A stretch of 64,000 nt of DNA from Nitrosopumilus sp. (GTDB taxonomy: Archaea > Thermoproteota > Nitrososphaeria > Nitrososphaerales > Nitrosopumilaceae). A program made the position numbers and the translations under genes. The notes under the pieces were generated by a model. It ran no database searches, had not been told where the DNA came from, and saw only the letters and a program-made list of their open reading frames with translations. Shown in pieces: positions 20,101 to 30,994 of the stretch (positions within the stretch are counted from its first letter, which is position 1; every line of letters begins with the position of its first letter). Location: NCBI GenBank assembly GCA_965224195.1, contig OZ245040.1:1440001-1504000 (forward strand), given 5' to 3'.

Positions 20101-23100
20101 TCTTCGATTTTCATGTCAAAATGACAAATCCATCATAACAAGGATTGAAACTGATATCTAACGTCATGATATCACAGCCTGCGTTGTCAAAATGACAAAT
20201 CCATCATAACAAGGATTGAAACCTATGCATAGGCATATTTTTGCTATACCTAGAAAAGTCAAAATGACAAATCCATCATAACAAGGATTGAAACATGTTG
20301 ATGCACTAAGACCTGTGGACTCATATTACGTCAAAATGACAAATCCATCATAACAAGGATTGAAACATACGGAAAAAGAAGCCCGATTATTTTGGGCTAC
20401 TTACGGTGTCAAAATGACAAATCCATCATAACAAGGATTGAAACGATGCCAAGTCAATGCCGTACATGAACCGATGATCAGTCAAAATGACAAATCCATC
20501 ATAACAAGGATTGAAACACGATTGTTCCCTTTCTGTATTCTTCCTGCTCTGAGTCAAAATGACAAATCCATCATAACAAGGATTGAAACAGACGCGAATG
20601 AGACAGCTTGAAGGATTTCAAAGAATGTCAAAATGACAAATCCATCATAACAAGGATTGAAACTTTGCCTGCCGCCTCTTCTTTTTGTCTTTCCATCTTC
20701 GTCAAAATGACAAATCCATCATAACAAGGATTGAAACCGACAATAAGAACTGATGATATTATTAAATCAGCTGCAAGTCAAAATGACAAATCCATCATAA
20801 CAAGGATTGAAACCGCCTAGCATTGCATACGACAGAACTATAACGAGTCAAAATGACAAATCCATCATAACAAGGATTGAAACAACTGATATTTCGACTG
20901 ACATTAACGGCGTGTTGAAGTCAAAATGACAAATCCATCATAACAAGGATTGAAACCCGATGACAATGATGTAACAATGCACATCACACGCAGTCAAAAT
21001 GACAAATCCATCATAACAAGGATTGAAACTCGTTGCCAAGAAAATACCACAACGAAGTACCTACCGTGTCAAAATGACAAATCCATCATAACAAGGATTG
21101 AAACCAGGTTTGCACCTCTCAGGTCTGCGTTTTGCAGGTTGTCAAAATGACAAATCCATCATAACAAGGATTGAAACCGATTGAAGCGCCGGTCTTTGTA
21201 TCGTCATATGTTGTCAAAATGACAAATCCATCATAACAAGGATTGAAACATATTATCACAGCTATATAGGCTGCCTTTAGCTGACCTTGTCAAAATGACA
21301 AATCCATCATAACAAGGATTGAAACACAGCGGGTCCAGTCTGGCTAGGTTGGGAAATCTGTAGTCAAAATGACAAATCCATCATAACAAGGATTGAAACA
21401 TAGAAATTCCAAAGATACTGTTGTTATCTACAGGTCAAAATGACAAATCCATCATAACAAGGATTGAAACCACCGACTCCAAAATGATATAGGTATAGCC
21501 TTGTCAAAATGACAAATCCATCATAACAAGGATTGAAACAATTGAAGGCTTTGTTAGTTTTCTTGATATTTTCAGTCAAAATGACAAATCCATCATAACA
21601 AGGATTGAAACACGTTGCTTACGGCTTGGTGCCATTTTCCTGCCACAGGTCAAAATGACAAATCCATCATAACAAGGATTGAAACATTATGCAGGTGAGG
21701 ACGTATATCAATCGCCAAGTCAAAATGACAAATCCATCATAACAAGGATTGAAACTACATATCATCACTATGACACGTATTGCAAATTCTGGGTCAAAAT
21801 GACAAATCCATCATAACAAGGATTGAAACCATGTGCTGCTGTTACTTCTGCTGCTGATGCTGCTGTCAAAATGACAAATCCATCATAACAAGGATTGAAA
21901 CTACAGAAGAACGGATGCAACGCCGCGAAACTCTACGGTCAAAATGACAAATCCATCATAACAAGGATTGAAACATTCGGCCATAGTCATAGTGTTATAG
22001 TGCTGTTGGGTCAAAATGACAAATCCATCATAACAAGGATTGAAACACGATAGTCCGTTTTCTGACCCAGATTTTATTTTAGGTCAAAATGACAAATCCA
22101 TCATAACAAGGATTGAAACCGAAAACAATCATCTGTGTATATGTCTGACGTGGCGGTCAAAATGACAAATCCATCATAACAAGGATTGAAACTTAAATCT
22201 GCCAAGTGAACCAAGTCCGCCATTGCGAGTCAAAATGACAAATCCATCATAACAAGGATTGAAACTTTGTGGACCTGATTTATAATTTATAATCCTACGA
22301 GGTCAAAATGACAAATCCATCATAACAAGGATTGAAACCTAGATAATCTAGGTTATTGGACTGATAATAGATGCAGTCAAAATGACAAATCCATCATAAC
22401 AAGGATTGAAACTATTGACTAATCAATGAGCTCAACAGAAACATTCCATGTCAAAATGACAAATCCATCATAACAAGGATTGAAACACAAGTGAACCAAT
22501 TATTATGTTAAGATGGATGACAGTCAAAATGACAAATCCATCATAACAAGGATTGAAACTTGTTGTAAGAAATGTTACGGCTCTGCCACCTTTTGGTCAA
22601 AATGACAAATCCATCATAACAAGGATTGAAACCAATTACTACAGATGTATACGGACTGATGTACATGGTCAAAATGACAAATCCATCATAACAAGGATTG
22701 AAACATGGTACCTGGGCAATTAGATCAAATCGCAGCAGCGGTCAAAATGACAAATCCATCATAACAAGGATTGAAACTCAGGTTTGCACCTTGCAGATAT
22801 GCACCTATCAGGTCAAAATGACAAATCCATCATAACAAGGATTGAAACACGTATCAGCTTACATCACTGACGGTACAAGAACAGTCAAAATGACAAATCC
22901 ATCATAACAAGGATTGAAACAACGGAAACATATCAACGAGGTGGGAACGGCAGAAGTCAAAATGACAAATCCATCATAACAAGGATTGAAACACGGCAAT
23001 TTGGTTGGTACCTTTTTTTTATTAGGCCAGGTCAAAATGACAAATCCATCATAACAAGGATTGAAACTGGCTTTGCACGACACCATGGGATTGCGCCAGG

Positions 23101-26100
23101 AGAAGTCAAAATGACAAATCCATCATAACAAGGATTGAAACATTGAACGCAGTGTTGGAACTGTATCATCTGTAAAAGTCAAAATGACAAATCCATCATA
23201 ACAAGGATTGAAACACACGACGGATAATAAATTACAAGAGTGGCCCCCAAAGTCAAAATGACAAATCCATCATAACAAGGATTGAAACGGTTGGAATCGA
23301 ATCGTGTTCTAGACATACAGCGTTGTCAAAATGACAAATCCATCATAACAAGGATTGAAACCGTTAAAAATGCAAAAAGTGCTGCACTTGTAGACACAGT
23401 CAAAATGACAAATCCATCATAACAAGGATTGAAACTACCGAAGAACGGATACAACGCCAAGAAAATCTGTGTCAAAATGACAAATCCATCATAACAAGGA
23501 TTGAAACATTTTGACGCGTGTATGTTTTCGATTATTACATTATGTCAAAATGACAAATCCATCATAACAAGGATTGAAACCGTTGCCAGCTTGTAAATGG
23601 CTTGATTTTGTTCATGTCAAAATGACAAATCCATCATAACAAGGATTGAAACACAACATAATCGTTGGGTAAAAATTAACATCGCCAATGTCAAAATGAC
23701 AAATCCATCATAACAAGGATTGAAACTCTACGACCTCTGGCTCAAATGCATCTCTCACCGCAGTCAAAATGACAAATCCATCATAACAAGGATTGAAACC
23801 AACAATGTGACAAAAAAATGGAAAATGGGCCCAAGTCAAAATGACAAATCCATCATAACAAGGATTGAAACTTCGTGCAAAACATCAATTATCATTTTGT
23901 TACCAAGGTCAAAATGACAAATCCATCATAACAAGGATTGAAACAATGACTAATGTAACATTATCACAAAAAGTAACAAAGTCAAAATGACAAATCCATC
24001 ATAACAAGGATTGAAACTCCGTACGAATAAACCAACGCTCGTATCGGTCATGTCAAAATGACAAATCCATCATAACAAGGATTGAAACTAATTTAATTCG
24101 TGTTTGATCAACAGCTACAGAAGGTAGTCAAAATGACAAATCCATCATAACAAGGATTGAAACTTGTATGATCTTTCAAAGTCATAGGGTGTCAGCATAG
24201 TCAAAATGACAAATCCATCATAACAAGGATTGAAACTTAGTTGTATTAGATTTCAGTGTTCTTGCTATACTGTCAAAATGACAAATCCATCATAACAAGG
24301 ATTGAAACGGATGGCTTGCTTCTTTTGTACGCTTTTACCGAAGTCAAAATGACAAATCCATCATAACAAGGATTGAAACTGAATGGCATTGATCGAGGAT
24401 CCATTAGATTTCCTTGTCAAAATGACAAATCCATCATAACAAGGATTGAAACAAGACACCTGGCGTGGGCGATAGAATCGAATCTGAAAAAGTCAAAATG
24501 ACAAATCCATCATAACAAGGATTGAAACATTATTTTTCCTATCTCGTTGAAATTAACTTCTAAGTCAAAATGACAAATCCATCATAACAAGGATTGAAAC
24601 TGGATAATCATGAAGGCGACATTATGCGTGATATAGTCAAAATGACAAATCCATCATAACAAGGATTGAAACAGAAGAAATGAATCAGTCATTCTTGTTT
24701 GGGCCTCTGTCAAAATGACAAATCCATCATAACAAGGATTGAAACTTGGTTCAGAATTTTCATCTAGGATGCTCAACTAAGTCAAAATGACAAATCCATC
24801 ATAACAAGGATTGAAACTGTGAAAAGTCATCCATTTTTCTTTTGTTTTTTATTCGCTGTCAAAATGACAAATCCATCATAACAAGGATTGAAACTCACAC
24901 ACCTCATGGCCATTTCACCTTTTCCATGTCAAAATGACAAATCCATCATAACAAGGATTGAAACTGTTGTTGTAATGTTACGACTTCATCGAACATTTGA
25001 AGAGTCAAAATGACAAATCCATCATAACAAGGATTGAAACCGACTTCAGGAACGCGAGCTATACAGGCTTGGCTAGGTCAAAATGACAAATCCATCATAA
25101 CAAGGATTGAAACTGCAGGAATGTACGGAAAGTTCCCACGCAACTGCCAGTCAAAATGACAAATCCATCATAACAAGGATTGAAACCATTGAATTAATCA
25201 AAAAAAATATGGGATTACCCAAAGTCAAAATGACAAATCCATCATAACAAGGATTGAAACACAAGCTCTGCTCCTAATCCTGGTGCTACTTCTGCTGTCA
25301 AAATGACAAATCCATCATAACAAGGATTGAAACTGTGATCATATTCATCTCTATGTCTGCCGTGCTCCAAGTCAAAATGACAAATCCATCATAACAAGGA
25401 TTGAAACCATTGTCTCCATCAGGCCAGGAAACATTTCCAAAGGTCAAAATGACAAATCCATCATAACAAGGATTGAAACGCTTTAACTCCCAGTTCTTCC
25501 ATCATTGCAATTCGTAGTCAAAATGACAAATCCATCATAACAAGGATTGAAACTGAGATGATATATTTGCCAAGATTTGGGTAATATGGTCAAAATGACA
25601 AATCCATCATAACAAGGATTGAAACATTTGGGTGACTCAAACTATGAGGAGCTGTACATGCAGGTCAAAATGACAAATCCATCATAACAAGGATTGAAAC
25701 ATGTAGTATTATCATCAATCAAATTTCATTTCCCCAGGTCAAAATGACAAATCCATCATAACAAGGATTGAAACTTCACTATCAGGGATATTCAGGTCCC
25801 TTATTTTTGTGTCAAAATGACAAATCCATCATAACAAGGATTGAAACCAGCGTGAAAAAGAATATCGACAAAGACCAGATGGTCAAAATGACAAATCCAT
25901 CATAACAAGGATTGAAACGATGTACAAATCGAATCAAACAATGCGGCACGTATAGTCAAAATGACAAATCCATCATAACAAGGATTGAAACCGTATGCCT
26001 CAGTATTTTGCATTCGGGTTCTTAGGGTCAAAATGACAAATCCATCATAACAAGGATTGAAACATGGGAACAACTAGTCCACAAATACAAATCTCCACGG

Positions 26101-26783
26101 TCAAAATGACAAATCCATCATAACAAGGATTGAAACAGGACACCCTAAAGGCAACTGACCCAAAGTTTACGGGGTCAAAATGACAAATCCATCATAACAA
26201 GGATTGAAACTGGCCTTGCACGACACCATGGGATTGCGCCAGGAAAGTCAAAATGACAAATCCATCATAACAAGGATTGAAACATTTCTTTGTCAAGCTG
26301 AATTAATTCGATTCTGTGTCAAAATGACAAATCCATCATAACAAGGATTGAAACATAAGTTCCCATCCCCTATTGCCATTCCCTCAGGTCAAAATGACAA
26401 ATCCATCATAACAAGGATTGAAACGGATGAATGACAGCACTGTCGGGCCGCCACTTGATAGTCAAAATGACAAATCCATCATAACAAGGATTGAAACTCA
26501 GAGCAAGAAAACTACCGAAAGGGAACAATCAGTCAAAATGACAAATCCATCATAACAAGGATTGAAACAGCAATATCGATAAAAAGATTGCAATTCCAAA
26601 AGGTCAAAATGACAAATCCATCATAACAAGGATTGAAACAACATTCCTTGACGCCCTTTGAAGGTATATCTTATGTCAAAATGACAAATCCATCATAACA
26701 AGGATTGAAACTATCCGATTGTTCCATCTGATGAATATCTCATGTTGTCAAAATGACAAATCCATCATAACAAGGATTGAAAC
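17181..26783 (+). CRISPR. CRISPR array, 37-bp repeat GTCAAAATGACAAATCCATCATAACAAGGATTGAAAC, ~132 repeats / ~131 spacers (32-48 bp, mostly 34-38)
   Basis: Manual count. Repeats look invariant including the last one; AATCC/GGATT hairpin; ATTGAAAC 3' handle. Confidence 0.99.
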
Positions 26784-26811
26784 ATTAGATAGACACATCA
26801 CAAATACCATC

Positions 26812-26920
26812 TTTCAGGAATATTCTTTGCAGGCTACCCCAGTTGTTCTAAATCAAATTGTATTTCTTGAATTTTCTTCTGTAAATCATAGGTAATTTCT
26901 CCAGCACCAATATTTGTCAA
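26812..26920 (-). pseudogene. 5' part of the host gene interrupted by the island
   Basis: TTG start; MTNIGAGEITYDLQKKIQEIQFDLEQLG*PAKNIPE, in frame with MIESANLL at 4694. Confidence 0.75.
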
Positions 26921-27057
26921 TATAAAATCACGGGATTATTAACGAATTAAAGATTTTCTAAAGAGTACAAATAATGAAAAACATTCATGCAAAAAAGAGC
27001 CTAAATGAAGTATAATTTGGAAACAACCTATAAACAAAATAAAAATACAAAAAACCC

Positions 27058-28485
27058 ATGATGAGAATTTTTTGTTTTTTATTTGTAATTTTGATCAGTG
27101 TAGGAATTACTAGTGAATCAGCATTTGCTCAAACAGAAAATGATCTTGAAGTAATGTTCAATCAAGCTAAAGAGCACTTTGTAAATGGAGAATACAAACA
27201 GGCAATTGCAATTTATGATGAAATACTAGAGATCGCCCCAAGCAATATTTCAACTTTAAAAATGAAAGGTATTGTTCAAAGTAATCTTGATGAGCATTCT
27301 AGTTCACTAAAACAATTTTTCAAAGTATTACAGCAAAAACCAAATGACATTATTTCTTTAACAGGTATGGGAGTAGGTTTTGGAAATTTGGGAGAATATC
27401 AAGAATCAATTACATATTTTGAAAAAGCGTCAATTGAAAAACCAGACAGCATAGTGATAAATAATTATAAAGATTTTATCAACAATGTAATTTCAAAATA
27501 CCCATACACACCAACTGAAAAGCCCGAACAAACAGAATCAGCGCAAATAATATCCATTCCAGAATGGATAAGACCAATAGCAAAATGGTGGTCAGAAGGA
27601 GACATAGAGGATTCAGAATTTAATTCAGCCTTAATGTATTTAATAGAAAATAAAATAATTCAAATTCCACCAATAAATACAATCAGCCAATCAAATGAAG
27701 AAATTCCAGAGTGGGTAAAAACTAATGCAGGATGGTGGGCAGATAAACAACTAGAAGATACAGAATTTGTATCAGGCATTCAATATTTAATTGAAAAAGG
27801 CATCATCAAAATAAAAATAGAAAATCAGCCAGGAAAATCTCAAAAAGAACTAGAACTTGAGTTTTACTTGTTTGAAAAATATCTCAGAGATATTTCAAAT
27901 AATATATCTAAAGAAAAAAGATACATTGAATTTCCCAACCCAAGTCAAGATGTCATAAAAAAATTCCTTAGAGATTATATTAAATGGAATTTTGAAGAGG
28001 AGGTAAAAAAAGCATCATCGAAATTCCCAGATCCTGCTTATCAAATTAACGATGGAGCATACATTATCAACTACAAAGTATTCATAAATGATCAGCCCAC
28101 CGGCCTTCCATTAAACCATGTAAGTACATTAGAAAATTCTTTTAGTTTTTGGGAAGAACAGGAATTGACAACGGATAATCAAAGTGCAAAAATAAAATTT
28201 GCTGTAACTAATCTCAAACACGAAGCAAATGTCTGGGTAACATGGGTTGTGCGCGATATTGGAGATGGTGTATTAGGGCATGCACATATTGGAAAGGGAG
28301 TAGTAGAAGTCACATTGGGGGATTACAATTGTGACGGTAGTTTTCAGTTATACGATGTAAATAGTGTTGAAACAATCATGACTCATGAATTAGGTCATTC
28401 AATTGGATTGAAACATGTTAGTGAAAAAAACAACATAATGTATCCATCATTTACACCATCATATGCATACTGTTTGCTGAATTAA
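27058..28485 (+). CDS. Secreted TPR-containing matrixin-like (metzincin) metalloprotease
   Basis: Signal peptide, TPRs, two IPEW...AxWW repeats, HELGHSIGLKH and the Met-turn IMYP. Confidence 0.85.
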   Translation: MMRIFCFLFVILISVGITSESAFAQTENDLEVMFNQAKEHFVNGEYKQAIAIYDEILEIAPSNISTLKMKGIVQSNLDEHSSSLKQFFKVLQQKPNDIISLTGMGVGFGNLGEYQESITYFEKASIEKPDSIVINNYKDFINNVISKYPYTPTEKPEQTESAQIISIPEWIRPIAKWWSEGDIEDSEFNSALMYLIENKIIQIPPINTISQSNEEIPEWVKTNAGWWADKQLEDTEFVSGIQYLIEKGIIKIKIENQPGKSQKELELEFYLFEKYLRDISNNISKEKRYIEFPNPSQDVIKKFLRDYIKWNFEEEVKKASSKFPDPAYQINDGAYIINYKVFINDQPTGLPLNHVSTLENSFSFWEEQELTTDNQSAKIKFAVTNLKHEANVWVTWVVRDIGDGVLGHAHIGKGVVEVTLGDYNCDGSFQLYDVNSVETIMTHELGHSIGLKHVSEKNNIMYPSFTPSYAYCLLN

Positions 28486-28597
28486 ATTTAAAAAAGCTAG
28501 ATCATGTTCTAGAAATTTAGAATTAGGATTAGCTCAACCTACACACAATTAACCTGCAGATATTTCGTAGAATGGATAATAAGGTATTTTTATAGTT

Positions 28598-29521
28598 ATG
28601 TGTATTGTGCTTAAAAATACAATGATCAATAGTCCAAAATGTCCATCGTGTGGAGATAAAAAAATGATCACAGATCAAAATACAGGTGAATTGTTCTGTA
28701 GTAAATGCGGATTAGTAGTTACAGATAAAATTTTAGACACAGGTGCAGAATGGCGTTCGTTTTCAAATGATGAAGGAAACAAAGCTAGAACAGGTGCAGG
28801 TACATCATTAACAATGCACGATATGGGATTATCAACTGTAATCGGTGCTGTAAACAAAGATGCAACAGGCAAACCACTATCTGCAAGTGTTAAAAGTTCA
28901 ATTGAAAGATTAAGAACTTGGGATAGTAGAAGTCAAGCACATTCATCAGCAGATAAAAATTTGAGGCAAGCACTTAATGAAATGGACAAATTAAAAGATA
29001 AACTCGCCTTAACTGATGCAGTAATTGAGAAAGCAGCTTACATTTACAGAAAGGCAATGGAGAAAAAACTTGTGAGAGGCCGTTCTATTCAAGGATTAGT
29101 AGCAGCATGTCTTTATGCGTCATGCAGAAATACAGAAACACCTAGAACATTAGATGATATTGCAAAAGGAATCAACATTAAAAGAAAAGATGTTGCCAGA
29201 TGTTATAGATTAATTTTCAGAGAACTTGAACTAAAAATGCCAGTTGTAGACCCCGTAAAAGGAGTTTCTAGAATTGCAAGTATTGCTGAGCTTAGCGAGA
29301 AAAGCAAACGAAAAGCAATTGCAATTTTAAATCAAGCAAAAGACCTAGGAATAGTAGCAGGAAAGGATCCAATGGGGATTGCGGCAGCTGCACTTTATCT
29401 TGCATGTATCAGTATAGGTGAGGTAAAATCTCAAAAAGACATCTCTATTGCATCAGGAGTTACAGAGGTAACAATTAGAAATAGATGCGCAGGATTAAGA
29501 CAAATGCTAAAAAACGAATAA
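28598..29521 (+). CDS. tfb: Transcription initiation factor IIB
   Basis: Zn ribbon CPSC...CSKCG, EWRSF, HDMGLST, two cyclin repeats, VTEVTIRNR. Confidence 0.97.
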   Translation: MCIVLKNTMINSPKCPSCGDKKMITDQNTGELFCSKCGLVVTDKILDTGAEWRSFSNDEGNKARTGAGTSLTMHDMGLSTVIGAVNKDATGKPLSASVKSSIERLRTWDSRSQAHSSADKNLRQALNEMDKLKDKLALTDAVIEKAAYIYRKAMEKKLVRGRSIQGLVAACLYASCRNTETPRTLDDIAKGINIKRKDVARCYRLIFRELELKMPVVDPVKGVSRIASIAELSEKSKRKAIAILNQAKDLGIVAGKDPMGIAAAALYLACISIGEVKSQKDISIASGVTEVTIRNRCAGLRQMLKNE

Positions 29522-29528
29522 AAAAGAT

Positions 29529-29937
29529 TATTTTGTAGACGTTTGAAACTCTATTTTATCCCAAGGGAATACAACATAGCCATCATTATCAGTTTCTTCA
29601 CCGTAAATTAATTGTGAAGGGAATTTTTTCCACGCCTTGCAAATAAAGTAGCATAAAGTAATTTTGAAGAGTCCTCAGATTTTGAAATAATTTTCTCAAA
29701 AGTCTTACCAGAATCAAAAATGTCATCAACAACTAGAGAGTTAGAAGAAATAACTTTTTCATCAACACGTATTTTTTCAATTCCCAAATGATCTGCTAAT
29801 AATCTAGAAGGCACCAACCTACCTCTACTCAGAGTGGCAATACTAGAAAAATTCTTCTTTGATTTTAAAATAAGACTAGAAAGTCGTTCAATCAGTGAAT
29901 CGATTTCAGACCAGCTAACATGTTGTTCTTTATCCAT
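29529..29937 (-). pseudogene. Phosphoribosyltransferase with a frameshift near the 3' end
   Basis: VVDDIFDSGKT PRPP motif. The conserved tail (...GYVVFPWDK) continues in another frame after an A-run near 29625. Confidence 0.7.
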
Positions 29938-29975
29938 GATTAGAATATAAAAAAAGGTGAATTAAGTTGTTATGA

Positions 29976-30368
29976 TTAGAAAGTTTTCATCGGGGATTTT
30001 TTCAAAGGTTCTATGATTTTAAGAACATTAAAAGGCAATTTTCCAAAATCAATTTTTTTTTCACAAGACAATAGCAGTACATCATCATTACTGAGAGGGA
30101 AACTCATTACAATGACTTTATCTCGATAGGACATTGAAAAATATACTTCGCCGAATTCGCCATCAAATTCATGTCTCATTCTAACACGTAATGCAAGTTC
30201 CAGGAACATCATTTCGTCTTGCTTTTGAGCCTCAAGTGAAAGTAAACCATCCTTCATCCCACCAGCTGTAAGGTGTCCTCTACTATTGATGAACCTGGCT
30301 GAACGCATTTTTGGGTCTAAAGCAATAATGTTTTGACACATTTTTTCAAGCTCTTCAACATTATCCAT
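29976..30368 (-). CDS. Thaumarchaeal Roadblock/profilin-like small protein
   Basis: MRSARFINSRG...EFDGEFGEV...RDKV...SFP; paralogue of 35959-36366. Confidence 0.65.
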   Translation of the reverse strand: MDNVEELEKMCQNIIALDPKMRSARFINSRGHLTAGGMKDGLLSLEAQKQDEMMFLELALRVRMRHEFDGEFGEVYFSMSYRDKVIVMSFPLSNDDVLLLSCEKKIDFGKLPFNVLKIIEPLKKSPMKTF

Positions 30369-30421
30369 TAGTCTAATTTAGTAATCGAACTATTTATTGC
30401 GATCTGCAATAATAGATATCT

Positions 30422-30994
30422 GTGCAAGAAGATCCCTCAAAAAGCATCACAGATTACTACAAGCATTTGTCGTTATTTTGGACTGACATTATACATTTGA
30501 TGTCAAGCAAGCCGCAGGCATTAACATCCACAGGGCCTATGAGAGCATTTGCAGCTAATTCAAAGAAAGTAACTACAGAATTAATTGAAATTAATGAAGA
30601 TTTGATGGGATTTAATCAATACCTTACAGAATATTACAAACAATTGTCAGGAGCTTGGGAAGTTGCTCAAAAGAAAGTTAATCTCAAAGCACCTGAAGTA
30701 CCTCAAGATGTAGAACAAATTGAAGCTTTCAAACGAATTTGGATAGATATTTTTGATAATGACTTCACAGAATTATTTGATTCTAAAAAATTTGGAGAGA
30801 ATTATGGAAAACTCGTTTCAAAAGAACTTGAATTAACTAAACATTGGAACAACATTACAAATGTAATATTACAATCTGTCAATCTTCCAAGTAAAGAAGA
30901 GATTGATGAAGTATACAAGGAACTTCACTCGCTCAAAAAAAGAGTGGGGAAACTAGAATTAGAATTAAAGAAAAAAGAGATGGCAAAAAAATGA
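30422..30994 (+). CDS. phaE: Class III PHA synthase subunit PhaE
   Basis: WIDIFDNDF...F and NLPSKEEIDEVYKELHSLKKRV; directly upstream of phaC. Confidence 0.85.
   Translation: MQEDPSKSITDYYKHLSLFWTDIIHLMSSKPQALTSTGPMRAFAANSKKVTTELIEINEDLMGFNQYLTEYYKQLSGAWEVAQKKVNLKAPEVPQDVEQIEAFKRIWIDIFDNDFTELFDSKKFGENYGKLVSKELELTKHWNNITNVILQSVNLPSKEEIDEVYKELHSLKKRVGKLELELKKKEMAKK

Larger units (their letters stand above)
4703..26811. mobile_element. ~22.1 kb inserted island carrying the type I-B CRISPR-Cas locus
   Basis: Flanked by the 9-bp direct repeat TTTCAGGAA (4694-4702 and 26812-26820). Removing it rejoins the two halves of one gene in frame. ACATCACAAATACC occurs near both ends (4722-4735, 26795-26808). 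Confidence 0.8.

Noticed and set aside
17861-23917. ORFs with QNDKSIITRIET or FNPCYDGFVILT repeats
   Set aside because: Translations of the CRISPR repeat, not genes.
17181-26783. Self-targeting spacers
   Set aside because: No near-exact nucleotide match to the rest of the window was seen by eye; only peptide-level similarity. An alignment is needed to exclude it fully.
4703-26811. Island as a casposon or Tn7-like CAST
   Set aside because: No family B polymerase, no clear TIRs and no tnsABC/tniQ; cas1 is operonic with cas2/cas4 and cas3 is intact.
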